Origin: a virus
Lineage: Duplodnaviria > Caudoviricetes
Strand: one strand, 5' to 3'
DNA length: 64,000 bases
IMG/VR virus record: IMGVR_UViG_3300020578_000064
Span: 1,725 to 65,724 of that record
Under the pieces are notes generated by a model. That model was given only the letters and a program-made list of their open reading frames with translations. It ran no database searches and was not told the origin of the DNA. Below, one piece after another: positions 19,090-28,353 of this stretch. Every line of letters begins with the position of its first letter. Within the stretch, counting starts at the first letter, position 1. The position numbers and the translations under genes were made by a program.

Positions 19090-19709
19090 CAGACAGAGCA
19101 CCAGAGCAGCGCGTCGTCGACTACCTGGAGTCGAACGGCTATAGGCCGGACGCGATCATCCGCTACCTCGAGGCGATGGTCGAGAAGGAGTGGGCGCAGA
19201 GCGACTTCGCCGAGTGCGGGCCCGGGGAGAAGATGACCTTCGGCGTCTGCCGCAAGATCGGGGAGGCCCCGGCCGCGCAGCCCGCCCAGCAGGGCGCGGC
19301 GCCGTCGCAGCCCCAGGCGCAGCAGCCCGGGCAGCCGGCGGCCGCAGGCCAGCAGCCGAAGCCGAAGGAGCAGCCCAAGTCCCCCATGGAGGAGAAGCTC
19401 GAGAAGGCTGCCAAGTCGCAGGGCTCCGACCCGACCAACAACAAGAAGGTCGTGATCGACGGTAAGGCATACGGCTGGGCGATCCAGGGTGGCAAGCCGA
19501 TCATGGTCGAGTGGGGCTCCGTGGCCGGCGAGAAGAAGGTAGGGCCTAAGCCCGCGAAGCCAAAACGCCAGGGGCGCGGCGGCGGGTCCCGCGCCGGCGG
19601 CGGCGGCAACGCCAGCCGGATCGAGGGCCTGGAGAGGGCGCTCGAGGGCCAGGTCAACGAGGCCGGGCGCCAGGCTATCATGGACCAGATCAAGGAGCTG
19701 GGCGGGTAA
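19086..19709 (+). CDS. hypothetical protein with degenerate DFA-Cys module
   Basis: SDFAECGPGEKMTFGVCRK followed by a Q/P/A-rich linker. Confidence 0.7.
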   Translation: MTDRAPEQRVVDYLESNGYRPDAIIRYLEAMVEKEWAQSDFAECGPGEKMTFGVCRKIGEAPAAQPAQQGAAPSQPQAQQPGQPAAAGQQPKPKEQPKSPMEEKLEKAAKSQGSDPTNNKKVVIDGKAYGWAIQGGKPIMVEWGSVAGEKKVGPKPAKPKRQGRGGGSRAGGGGNASRIEGLERALEGQVNEAGRQAIMDQIKELGG

Positions 19710-19739
19710 GACACGTGGGTACCAACCCACGGAAACAAC

Positions 19740-20516
19740 ATGTCCGGATTCGGAAGCTTCTCCCAGGAGGCCTACGAGCAGCTCCAGCAGGCCTACGCCG
19801 CCCAGCTGCAGAAGGCCGAGGAGACGGAGGAGCAGGGCGTCAAGGTCGGCTCCGACACGCTCGGCGTCGAGACCGCACCGGTGCGGTCCGCGTGGCTCGA
19901 CAAGACCGGCCTCTGGCAGTACCCCGACGGGCGCGGCGAGAGGCAGGACGTCGAGCAGAAGCAGCAGGACCTGCTGGCCGCGCTCCGCGACAGCGAGGGC
20001 AACCTCCCGGCCGACGACGACGAACTCGAGCTGTCGGACATGTCCGACGAGGAGCTCGACGCCATGATCGACGAGGTGCTCGCCGAGATCGACGGCGAGG
20101 GGGAAGCCGACCCCGGCGATGACGGGGACGACGACGCCGACCCGGAGTTTGACGCGCTGGTCCAGCGGATGCTCGAGGGCATCGACGAGGACACGACCGA
20201 CGAGGAGATCGACGCGATGCTCGACGAGCTGCTCGGCCCCGCGGACGACGAGGAAGAAGAGGACGAAAGCGAGGAACCCGATGGCGACGGCGAGCCGGAG
20301 CCCGAGCCCGACGCCGACGACATCGCGGCCAGGATCGCCGAGCTCAAGGCCGAGCTGGCGGCGCTGACCGAAGACGGCGAGGAAGAGGAGGAGGAGGAGG
20401 AGGAGGACGAGGACTACGCGCCCGAGGAAACCCAGGGCGAAGAGGAGGAAACCGAGCCCGACGTAACCGAAGACGAAACCGAGGAGGAGGACCCCTCTGA
20501 TGATGAACCTAACTGA
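19740..20516 (+). CDS. extremely acidic protein (possible scaffold/core protein)
   Basis: D/E-dominated, with one short coiled coil (IAARIAELKAELAAL). Confidence 0.65.
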   Translation: MSGFGSFSQEAYEQLQQAYAAQLQKAEETEEQGVKVGSDTLGVETAPVRSAWLDKTGLWQYPDGRGERQDVEQKQQDLLAALRDSEGNLPADDDELELSDMSDEELDAMIDEVLAEIDGEGEADPGDDGDDDADPEFDALVQRMLEGIDEDTTDEEIDAMLDELLGPADDEEEEDESEEPDGDGEPEPEPDADDIAARIAELKAELAALTEDGEEEEEEEEEDEDYAPEETQGEEEETEPDVTEDETEEEDPSDDEPN

Positions 20517-20988
20517 CACGCTGGTGGGGCAGGTGATCCCCGTCGGCGACCTGCTCAAGAAGAACAAGGAGCGCCGCGAGAGGGTCGAGGCCCTCATCCC
20601 CAAGGACCGCGACAACTACGTCGTCGGCGACGACGTGATGCGCGAGATCATGGGCCGCAAGCGCGCCCGGATGGAGCAGTCCCGCCAGAACCGGGTCAAC
20701 TACCAGGAGGAGGCCTACGGTGTCAACCACCGCGAGTGGTCCGGCGACATGCGCAAGGCCCTCCAGGACGGCAAGATGAAGGGCGGTTTCGCCGGCCCGG
20801 ACATGTCGTTCCCGATCGCGTCGCCCGGCGACGTGTCGGCGGCCTGGTCCTCCGTGGGCCGCGCCAAGGACCCGGACGCGGTGATGCGCGCAATCATCCG
20901 CATTGCGAAGGAGCACGGCTGGGAGCAGGGCCTCCCGAAGACCGTGCGCGACCGTATGAGGGCCGGGAAGTCCGGCCTCCCAGAGTAA
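20500..20988 (+). CDS. hypothetical protein (SFPI..xDV.AA motif seen in phage head-region proteins)
   Basis: FAGPDMSFPIASPGDVSAAW...IIRIAK..G..LP. Confidence 0.6.
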   Translation: MMNLTDTLVGQVIPVGDLLKKNKERRERVEALIPKDRDNYVVGDDVMREIMGRKRARMEQSRQNRVNYQEEAYGVNHREWSGDMRKALQDGKMKGGFAGPDMSFPIASPGDVSAAWSSVGRAKDPDAVMRAIIRIAKEHGWEQGLPKTVRDRMRAGKSGLPE

Positions 20989-21004
20989 CACGCAGGAGGG
21001 CGCC

Positions 21005-21469
21005 ATGCCTACTTTCCTAGAACCCCTCTACCCCGCCCTCGCGGGCATCATCATCGGCGTCGCCACCATGGGCGCCAGGAAGGTGCTCGAGAAGGTCAAC
21101 GCGCGCAAGTACGCGCCCCTGCTGGCCAAGGTCTACGACGTCGTCGACCCGCTGCTGGACAAGTACTACACAGGCTGGAGCGGCAGCACGATCGACACCG
21201 TGCTCGAGCTGGCCTTCTACTCCGTCGGCGACGGCGAGCTGACCAGGGAGGAGGCCCAGCGGGCCGTCCAACTGGCGAAGGAGCGGTTCCTGCCGGACGT
21301 CGCCAAGGCCAAGCAGCTCGACCCGTCGACCCCCGAGGGCCGCAAGTCCCTGGAGATCGCCGAGATGGTGCTGAAAATGGAGGAGGGCGTCGACAAGGAC
21401 AAGCTCGTCGACCTGGCGAAGGCGTCCGTCCCACTCGGGCCCGCCGAGCGGCTGCTCGGGCTGTTCTGA
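21005..21469 (+). CDS. hypothetical protein with N-terminal TM helix
   Basis: Hydrophobic residues ~8-23; strong AGGAGG ribosome-binding site. Confidence 0.65.
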   Translation: MPTFLEPLYPALAGIIIGVATMGARKVLEKVNARKYAPLLAKVYDVVDPLLDKYYTGWSGSTIDTVLELAFYSVGDGELTREEAQRAVQLAKERFLPDVAKAKQLDPSTPEGRKSLEIAEMVLKMEEGVDKDKLVDLAKASVPLGPAERLLGLF

Positions 21470-21493
21470 CGCGAGGCGGAGCCGGACAGCCCC

Positions 21494-21808
21494 ATGATCG
21501 AGATGATCAGCGGAATCGTTATCCCAGTCGTCATCTCCATCTTCGGAGCTGCCGGCTGGGCCGCCGACCGCAACGGAAAACACATCGACCGGCGATTCTC
21601 CGAGATCGTCGAGCTCGTGGCCAGGAACGAGGGCCACATTGAAAAAATCGAGAGGGAGCTCCGCGACCTCGAGATCAACCTGCCGCAGAAGTTCGTCATG
21701 CGCGAGGAGTTCGTCCACCGCATGAGCGACGGCGCGAAGAAGATGGACTACCTTGTCGAGCAGGTCGACGCCATCAAGAACATGCTGATGTTCGGGAGGG
21801 AGAAGTGA
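21494..21808 (+). CDS. TM + coiled-coil protein (holin/XhlA-like candidate)
   Basis: N-terminal hydrophobic helix, coiled coil, LPQKFVMREEF motif. Confidence 0.55.
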   Translation: MIEMISGIVIPVVISIFGAAGWAADRNGKHIDRRFSEIVELVARNEGHIEKIERELRDLEINLPQKFVMREEFVHRMSDGAKKMDYLVEQVDAIKNMLMFGREK

Positions 21809-21972
21809 CGCGCGACATCTGCGCCCGGAGCAAGTCCTCCGGGAAGACGTGGGAGCAGCGCCGCAACTCCCTCAGGAGGAACCTGAACGCCCAGGGCTTC
21901 GCGCCCGACGCCGTCGAGAAGGTGCTCGCGATGCTCTTCTCGGCATGCACCAAGAAAATGCCCGAGGCCTGA
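21805..21972 (+). CDS. hypothetical 55-aa protein (not in ORF track)
   Basis: GTG start with GTGA overlap; MTRDICARSKSSGKTWEQRRNSLRRNL...MPEA*; fills the gap. Confidence 0.5.
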   Translation: MTRDICARSKSSGKTWEQRRNSLRRNLNAQGFAPDAVEKVLAMLFSACTKKMPEA

Positions 21973-21975
21973 CCA

Positions 21976-22524
21976 ATGCCAGTTAAGAAAGGAAAAGGCT
22001 GCGTAGCCGACGTGATGCGCGAGTGGAAGGCGGGGACGCTGCACTCGGGCGAGAAGGGAAAGGTCGTCAAGGACCAGAAGCAAGCGGTCGCCATCGCCCT
22101 GTCGATGTGCGGCGCCAGCAAGCAGCAGGCCAAGTCGTACGAGGAGTACGCGCTAGGCCTCGTCACCGAGATGAAGGACTCCTACGCCGAGAGGGGCTGC
22201 AAGCGCCAGGCGATGGCGATCGGGTACCCGACGCCCACGTTCTCGGAGGAGGACACGCGCATGGCCTTCGCCCAGCTGCGCAAGCTGCAGGCGGACACCT
22301 CGCACCTCATCATGATGATGGAGTCCGAGATGATGGCCGGGCGCATGCCGGAGATCGAGGCGTGGATGGAGGCCAAGATCACCCTGGCCGCCGACTACAT
22401 GTCCGCCGTGCACGACTACGCGATGTACGGCCCGGGTCTGGAGGTCGAGGAGGAGGACGAAGAGGAGGAGCCGGAGGGCTACTCCGCGTTCAACAGGTTC
22501 GGGTACGCCGAGGGAAAGGGCTGA
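21976..22524 (+). CDS. DUF6496-like protein
   Basis: VMREWKAGTLHSG..VVKDQKQAVAIALS; second motif IEAWMEAKITLAADYMSAVHDY. Confidence 0.65.
   Translation: MPVKKGKGCVADVMREWKAGTLHSGEKGKVVKDQKQAVAIALSMCGASKQQAKSYEEYALGLVTEMKDSYAERGCKRQAMAIGYPTPTFSEEDTRMAFAQLRKLQADTSHLIMMMESEMMAGRMPEIEAWMEAKITLAADYMSAVHDYAMYGPGLEVEEEDEEEEPEGYSAFNRFGYAEGKG
22512..22518 (+). other. putative -1 ribosomal frameshift heptamer G GGA AAG
   Basis: In-frame X XXY YYZ one sense codon before the TGA of 21976-22524; the -1 frame is open to 22979. Confidence 0.6.
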
Positions 22525-22979
22525 AGCCGGACTACGCCAAGGGTCTCACGAAGAGTGAGCAGGCCGTCGCGAAGCGCGAGGCCGAGGAGACCCAGGAGAA
22601 GGCGCGGTCCGGCGAGAAGGCTGGCAAGGTGTACGAGGACTGGAAGTCCGACAAGGCGTACCGCAAGCGCAAGGGCGGCGAGATGCCCAAGTCGAAGGCC
22701 ACCGAGGCCTACGAGCGCATGTACGGCAAGAAGGACTCCGAGGACATGGGCGAGGACGGCACGTCCGCGTCCCTGAAGGAGAAGGCCGAGAAGTCCGGCA
22801 TCCCGCTCGGCGTGCTCAGGCGCGTGTACGAGCGCGGTATGGCGGCGTGGCGGTCCGGGCACAGGCCCGGCGTGGCGCCGCAGCAGTGGGCCATGGGCCG
22901 CGTGAACTCGTTCATCACGGGCTCCGGCGGCGCGAGGAAGGCGGACGCCGACCTCTGGAAGCGCGCGAAGAAGAAGTAG
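22521..22979 (+). CDS. DUF5824-like domain (no canonical start; frameshift extension or CTG start)
   Basis: KPDYAKGLTK...SLKEKAEKSGIPLGVLRRVYERGMAAWRSGHRPG..QQWAMGRVNSF...ADADLWK. Confidence 0.7.
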   Translation: MKPDYAKGLTKSEQAVAKREAEETQEKARSGEKAGKVYEDWKSDKAYRKRKGGEMPKSKATEAYERMYGKKDSEDMGEDGTSASLKEKAEKSGIPLGVLRRVYERGMAAWRSGHRPGVAPQQWAMGRVNSFITGSGGARKADADLWKRAKKK

Positions 22980-23034
22980 ACGCACCGGGCGGCAGCCGGG
23001 TAAAAGATAGAGCAACCACGCGCCGGCGGTTGCC

Positions 23035-23199
23035 ATGCCAAAGTCGTTCCAGGACGCCTTCGATGAGTGGAAGGCGGACAAGCGGTACCAGATCGGGGAC
23101 GACATAGGCTGGGAGTTCGCCGACGACAAGGAGGCCGGCCCTACGCCGGCCGCTCGTTCTTCAACGCCCGACGCAGATGGCCCAACGCATACAGCATAA
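23035..23199 (+). CDS. hypothetical 54-aa protein (not in ORF track)
   Basis: MPKSFQDAFDEWKADKRYQIGDDIGWEFADD...; GGGTAA at 22998 upstream. Confidence 0.5.
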   Translation: MPKSFQDAFDEWKADKRYQIGDDIGWEFADDKEAGPTPAARSSTPDADGPTHTA

Positions 23200-26100
23200 G
23201 CGCTCCTCGATCCTGGGGAAGCGCCCGGCCGAGCAGTATTTGGAACCCGGGGAGCTGGCGCTCAACACCAACGCCAGCGACCCGGGCCTCTTCTTTGAGA
23301 CCAACAACGGCGAGATCGCCAAAGCGGGCCCGACGTCGATCGGCCCGCAGCCGCCGGCCAGCGAGGTGGGCTACGGCTCTGGTGAGTCGTGGTACGACAC
23401 CGGCAACGGCACGTTCAACCTGTGGGTGCCCGCCATGAACAGGTGGATGCCCGTGTCGTCCCCGATGTTCGGGGGCGCCGTGACTGCCATCTTTGTCGGC
23501 TCCGAGTTCCCCCAGGCCACTGACGACCTGTCGAACGACGGCTACGCTCGCCCGTTCGTTACCCTCAACCGGGCCATGATCGAGGTCGCCCGCAGGTCGA
23601 TCCTGCGGGGGCGCCCCGACGACGCCTTCAACGCCCGCTTCTCCGTCTTCCTACTGCCGGGCAGGAACGTCGTCTACAATGAGCCCGGTCTGACCTTCTC
23701 CGAGTTCGAGGCGCAGACGGACGTCTTCGTCGAGGACCAGGCGGTGACGCAGAGGCACCTGTCATACTTCAACCCGCCAGAGGGCGGGCTGGTCGTCCCC
23801 CGCGGCACGACTATCTTCGGCCTCGACCTCCGCAAGACCCTGATCACGCCGACGTACTACCCGGCCTGGTCCAGGGCGGCCTTCGAGAACGAGCCCGAGA
23901 CCATCGCGGCCAGGTCCGCCATCCTCAAGTGGACGGGCAACTCGTACCTCACCTCGTTCACCTTCCGCGACAAGATCGCCGACTGCTCGGTGACCGAGAT
24001 CCTTGGCCAGAGCTTCGAGGTGGCCGTGCTCATGTCGCTGCGCCCGCACGGCTACCGCACGCTGGTGACCGCGCTCGAGGACGAGGACGAGATCCTGGAC
24101 GGCGACCGCGTCACGCTCACGTACCCCGATGGCGTCAGCCGCTCCTACGCGGGCGTCCCGACGCTCCCCCAGGGCGAGTACTACGCCGACCCGATCGACG
24201 CCTACAAGTTCCGCCTGCGCAAGGTGCAGACGGGCCTCGCCGTGATTCGCAGCGAGCTGCCCGAGACACCGGTGCCCGGCGCGACGCCTGGGCTGTTCCT
24301 CAATCTCAGGATGACGCTGGGGACGGCCCACCGCCTGACCGCCATCCAGTTCGCCACGGACCTCGAGCTCGACGGGCTGTATGACAAGGTGCAGAGGGCC
24401 TTCTCGACGCTCAGCTTCTCGGGCACGGCATCGAACGCCGAGATCGCGCCCGGGGAGACGATCATCACGGCGAGCACTCCCGAGGTGCCCAACGTCGAGA
24501 CCAACTCGGTCGAGAATTCCTCCCCATACGCGTTCAACGTGTCGCTGCGCTCGCAGTGGGGCATCAGCGGCATGCGCGTCAACGGCGAGGCGGTCAGGGG
24601 CTTCAAGTCCGCCCTGAGCTGCAACTTCACGGTCGTCTCGGTCAACAACGATCCCGACGTGTACGAGGTGTACGACGACGAGGAGTGGTCGTCTTTGCGC
24701 GACGCGTACGCCGAGTCGATAGGCTTCCCGGTCTCCGAGACGACCAGGGAGCAGGCGATGAACTACCTCATCACCGCGGTCAAGACGGACGACATCCGGT
24801 TCTTCTACCGCTTGGCGCTGGACATCCCCGGCCAGGACGGCAAGTCGTCCGGCCTGCCGTCCGACGTCTCGGACACCAGGCACTTCGCCACGAAGGCCAC
24901 GAGCAACGGCTTCGTGCAGATCGTGTCCTCCTTCGCCATCGGCCTGGCGATGAACTATTGGGCGCGCAGCGGCGGCGAGATCGCTGTGACGAACGCCAAC
25001 TCCAACTTCGGCGGGGTCGCCCTGCGCGCGGAGGGCTTTGCGGGCATCGGCACCACCGGCGGGGCCCTCGAGCCCGACCGCGGGTTCACGGTGCAGGGCG
25101 TCAGGCGGCCGGCGATCGTGACGCAGGAGATGGTCGAGAACAGTACCATCAAGCGCTTCATCAACACCAGGATCTCGAGCACGACCACCACCTCGATCGT
25201 CTTCCAGGAGCCCTTCTACGCCCCGACGATCGCGCCGTATACGCTCCGGGACCAGACGTACGTCTACGTCCAGGACACCCGCAACGGCACGGAGTACAAG
25301 GCCAGGATCGACGGCGACAACGGCACGTCCAACCCGGTCACGCCGGACGGGCACATGCTCCACGTCGACGCAGGCACCAACGAGATCCACTCCGCCATCC
25401 AGGCCGGGCTCAGCCCGGACTTCCTCTCGGTCCCGTACGTCAAGCGCTTCGAGGACCCCAGGCCCGCCATCGACCGCCAGTACAGCCTCTGGGTGCAGAA
25501 CACCTCGCAGTTCCACCGCCCGCCGCAGGCCCAGTTCATCCTGCGCTTTGCCGAGAAGCCTCAGACCGGCGTGGCCAACCTCGTCCGCCCGAACACCCAG
25601 CTCGACCCCGGGCAGAAGGGCGGCTGGGCGCACGTGTTCCAGGTGGCCGACGCCAGGACCAAGCGCGAGGGCGACAATCCCAACGGCGTCGAGCCGCTGA
25701 TCACGCCGGTCGTCGGCACCGAGAGCTACTACGTGACCATCTCGCTGGTCGACGGGTTCCGGCCGTGGGTGTCGACGTCCGACAACGGGTACGCTGACGG
25801 CGTCAACATCCCCTACGCGAACGGCCAGTACTCCACGTACAACAGCCGCCTGTTCTACCCGCAGACGAACGATCTGGCGGCTGGCATGTTCAAGCGGGCG
25901 CCGATCAACGACCTGTCGGTGTGGGCCAGGTCGAAGAACTTCGAGTACTGCTCGCCGATCGACGAGGCCTGGATCAGCGCGGAGTCCCTCAGCGAGATGG
26001 CGTCCGACCCCTACACGTCGGCCTACCCCCAGAACGCCACCTACCCGCGCGGGCTGCAGTACGAGCTCCCCGACATGGTGGTCAACTACGTCATCGACGA

Positions 26101-26635
26101 GGACGACAGCACCGCGACGCTCGGCATCGTCACCAACGGCGTGGTAGACCCGTCGAAGTACGACCCGTGGTGGTCGCCGTCGAAGCTCTCGATGGCCCGC
26201 CTCCTGAGGCTCATCGGGTACGAGTACTCGGAGATCGACACCATGCTGCGCCCGCAGCTGTGGTCCAACCGCAACATGCCCACGTCGGCGATGCCCGCCG
26301 TGACCGGCTCGGGCTACGCGCTGTCCACCGGGACGTGGCCGGTCGAGTTCAACCGTCCGTCCGTGATCCGCTGCGGCAACCACACGTGGGAGTGGTGCGG
26401 CTACATCAACTACACCAAGGGCCTGCCGCAGTACCAGACCACCCAGCTGTCGCTGCGCGAGCGCTTCGACTTCATGCAGACCGCCCTGTGGGGCGGCCAG
26501 GTCTACTCGACCGGCACGAACGAGAAGGGCGAGTACGTCTTCTCGGGTAAGACAGTGGCTGCCGGGACCGGCGACATCCTGCTGAACACGAACATCCCGC
26601 TCGTGCCAGTTGCGCCACCGGCCCCGTACGGATAA
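23177..26635 (+). CDS. large tail/baseplate-associated structural protein
   Basis: Fibre N-terminal module (IQHKRS..KRP..GELALN..PGLFF), then ATDD.SNDG..RPF.T, VPRGT.IFG.DLRKT, SPYAFN.S.RS, SGGEIAVTNANSNFG motifs typical of large cyanophage virion proteins. Confidence 0.7.
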   Translation: MAQRIQHKRSSILGKRPAEQYLEPGELALNTNASDPGLFFETNNGEIAKAGPTSIGPQPPASEVGYGSGESWYDTGNGTFNLWVPAMNRWMPVSSPMFGGAVTAIFVGSEFPQATDDLSNDGYARPFVTLNRAMIEVARRSILRGRPDDAFNARFSVFLLPGRNVVYNEPGLTFSEFEAQTDVFVEDQAVTQRHLSYFNPPEGGLVVPRGTTIFGLDLRKTLITPTYYPAWSRAAFENEPETIAARSAILKWTGNSYLTSFTFRDKIADCSVTEILGQSFEVAVLMSLRPHGYRTLVTALEDEDEILDGDRVTLTYPDGVSRSYAGVPTLPQGEYYADPIDAYKFRLRKVQTGLAVIRSELPETPVPGATPGLFLNLRMTLGTAHRLTAIQFATDLELDGLYDKVQRAFSTLSFSGTASNAEIAPGETIITASTPEVPNVETNSVENSSPYAFNVSLRSQWGISGMRVNGEAVRGFKSALSCNFTVVSVNNDPDVYEVYDDEEWSSLRDAYAESIGFPVSETTREQAMNYLITAVKTDDIRFFYRLALDIPGQDGKSSGLPSDVSDTRHFATKATSNGFVQIVSSFAIGLAMNYWARSGGEIAVTNANSNFGGVALRAEGFAGIGTTGGALEPDRGFTVQGVRRPAIVTQEMVENSTIKRFINTRISSTTTTSIVFQEPFYAPTIAPYTLRDQTYVYVQDTRNGTEYKARIDGDNGTSNPVTPDGHMLHVDAGTNEIHSAIQAGLSPDFLSVPYVKRFEDPRPAIDRQYSLWVQNTSQFHRPPQAQFILRFAEKPQTGVANLVRPNTQLDPGQKGGWAHVFQVADARTKREGDNPNGVEPLITPVVGTESYYVTISLVDGFRPWVSTSDNGYADGVNIPYANGQYSTYNSRLFYPQTNDLAAGMFKRAPINDLSVWARSKNFEYCSPIDEAWISAESLSEMASDPYTSAYPQNATYPRGLQYELPDMVVNYVIDEDDSTATLGIVTNGVVDPSKYDPWWSPSKLSMARLLRLIGYEYSEIDTMLRPQLWSNRNMPTSAMPAVTGSGYALSTGTWPVEFNRPSVIRCGNHTWEWCGYINYTKGLPQYQTTQLSLRERFDFMQTALWGGQVYSTGTNEKGEYVFSGKTVAAGTGDILLNTNIPLVPVAPPAPYG

Positions 26636-26676
26636 GATATTTCTAACTTCACCTTGGCCTTCGCAGGCGTCATGCA

Positions 26677-28353
26677 GTGACCACTAACATCCAGCTTCTG
26701 CGGTCTTCGGTCGCCCAGAAAAGACCGAACCCCGCCTCGCTGCTTGATGGTCAGCCCGCAGTCAACATCAACGTTGACGAGCCCGGACTGTTCTTCAAAG
26801 CGACGGACGGCACACTCTTCAAGGTAGGCCCCGCGGCGATCACGTCGAGCGGGTCCCCACCGAACGCCTCCGCTGTCGGCCCCGTCGGCAACGTGAAGGG
26901 CGAGCTCTGGCTCGACGGCCGCGCGGCGTACTCGAACGCCGTGATGAAGATCTACAACGGCACCCAGTGGGTCCCGGCGAGCGGCTTCCAGGTCAACGAC
27001 ACGACCGGCAACTTCACACTGTCGAAGGCCCTGACCGTCTCGACGCTGATCGCGAACGGCTCCGGCGCCAACAGCTACGTCCGCGTGCCCCAGGGCCCGA
27101 ACACCGACGAGTCGCTGATCCCGGCCGTCGCGGGCATGATCCGCTTCGACACGACCCTCGACGTCTTCCGCGGCTACGACGGCACGAGCTGGTCCGACCT
27201 CGGCACCGGCAACATTGCGGGCAACCTGACGGTCGGCGGCAACGGCACGATCGCCGGCAACCTGACGGTCGACGGCAGCACGACGCTCGGCAACGACTGC
27301 ACGAGCGACATCATCACCGTCAACGGCACGGCGAACTTCAACTGCAACGTGACGGTCGGCAACGCCTCGACCGACACGCTGACTGTCGCCTCGATCACGG
27401 ACTTCCAGAACGCCGTCCGCCTGTCCAACCAGAACGACCTCCGCTTCCACAGCGGCTCGGTCGGCGCGTCCAACTACGTGGGCTTCCAGGCGCCCGGCGC
27501 CATCTCCAGCAACGTGCTGTGGACTCTGCCCGCCACCGACGGCACCCTCGGCCAGGCCCTCGTCACCAACGGCTCCGGCGTCCTCAGCTGGGGAGCCTCC
27601 GGCGGCGGTGGCGCGCAGGTCTCGGTCAGCGACACCGCCCCGACCTCGCCGGCGCCCCAGGAGGGGGACCTCTGGTTCAACTCCTCCTCCGGCCGCCTGT
27701 ACGTCTTCTACGAGGACGGCACCAGCGACCAGTGGATCGACGCGGCGCCCAACAGCTCCGGCGTGGCGGCCGTGCGCGTCATCGACGACATCTCCAGCTC
27801 GTTCGACGGCGTCACGACGACGTTCAACCTGGCGATTGGCAGCTTCGCGTTCACGCCTGTGAACCCGCAGCAGCTCATCGTCCACAAGGCGGGCGTCTAC
27901 CAGAACCCCTCGACGGCTTACACCGTGGTCGGCTCGACCATCGTGTTCGCGGCCGGCAACATCCCCACCTTCGGCCAGAGCTTCTCGGCCGTGGTACTCG
28001 GGGCTGCGATCACGCAGAACACGGTGGCCGACCTCTCGATCAACACCCTGAAGCTGGCCAACCTGGCCGTGACCGATGCCAAGATCGCCAACAACGCGAT
28101 CACGGGCGCCAAGATCGCGGTCGGCGCCATCCAGACGTCGAAGATCAACATCGACGGCAACCTGCTCCCGAACACCGACAACGCGTTCAACCTGGGCTCG
28201 CCGTCGTTCCGTTTCGCGAACATCTACACGGGTGACCTTCACCTGCAGAACGATCGCGGCTCGTGGACGGTGATCGAGGAGGAGGAGTTCCTGACCCTCA
28301 GGAACAACAAATCGGGTAAAACCTTCAAAATCGTTATGGAGGCCATTGACTGA
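26677..28353 (+). CDS. tail fibre protein
   Basis: N-terminal KRP module, GMIRFDT..FRGYDG, NYVGFQAP repeat, GDLWFNS, C-terminal YTGDLHL module. Confidence 0.78.
   Translation: MTTNIQLLRSSVAQKRPNPASLLDGQPAVNINVDEPGLFFKATDGTLFKVGPAAITSSGSPPNASAVGPVGNVKGELWLDGRAAYSNAVMKIYNGTQWVPASGFQVNDTTGNFTLSKALTVSTLIANGSGANSYVRVPQGPNTDESLIPAVAGMIRFDTTLDVFRGYDGTSWSDLGTGNIAGNLTVGGNGTIAGNLTVDGSTTLGNDCTSDIITVNGTANFNCNVTVGNASTDTLTVASITDFQNAVRLSNQNDLRFHSGSVGASNYVGFQAPGAISSNVLWTLPATDGTLGQALVTNGSGVLSWGASGGGGAQVSVSDTAPTSPAPQEGDLWFNSSSGRLYVFYEDGTSDQWIDAAPNSSGVAAVRVIDDISSSFDGVTTTFNLAIGSFAFTPVNPQQLIVHKAGVYQNPSTAYTVVGSTIVFAAGNIPTFGQSFSAVVLGAAITQNTVADLSINTLKLANLAVTDAKIANNAITGAKIAVGAIQTSKINIDGNLLPNTDNAFNLGSPSFRFANIYTGDLHLQNDRGSWTVIEEEEFLTLRNNKSGKTFKIVMEAID

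Noticed and set aside
20380-20410. (GAG)n microsatellite
   Set aside because: It encodes poly-Glu in the acidic protein and is in-frame, so it gives no evidence of phase variation.
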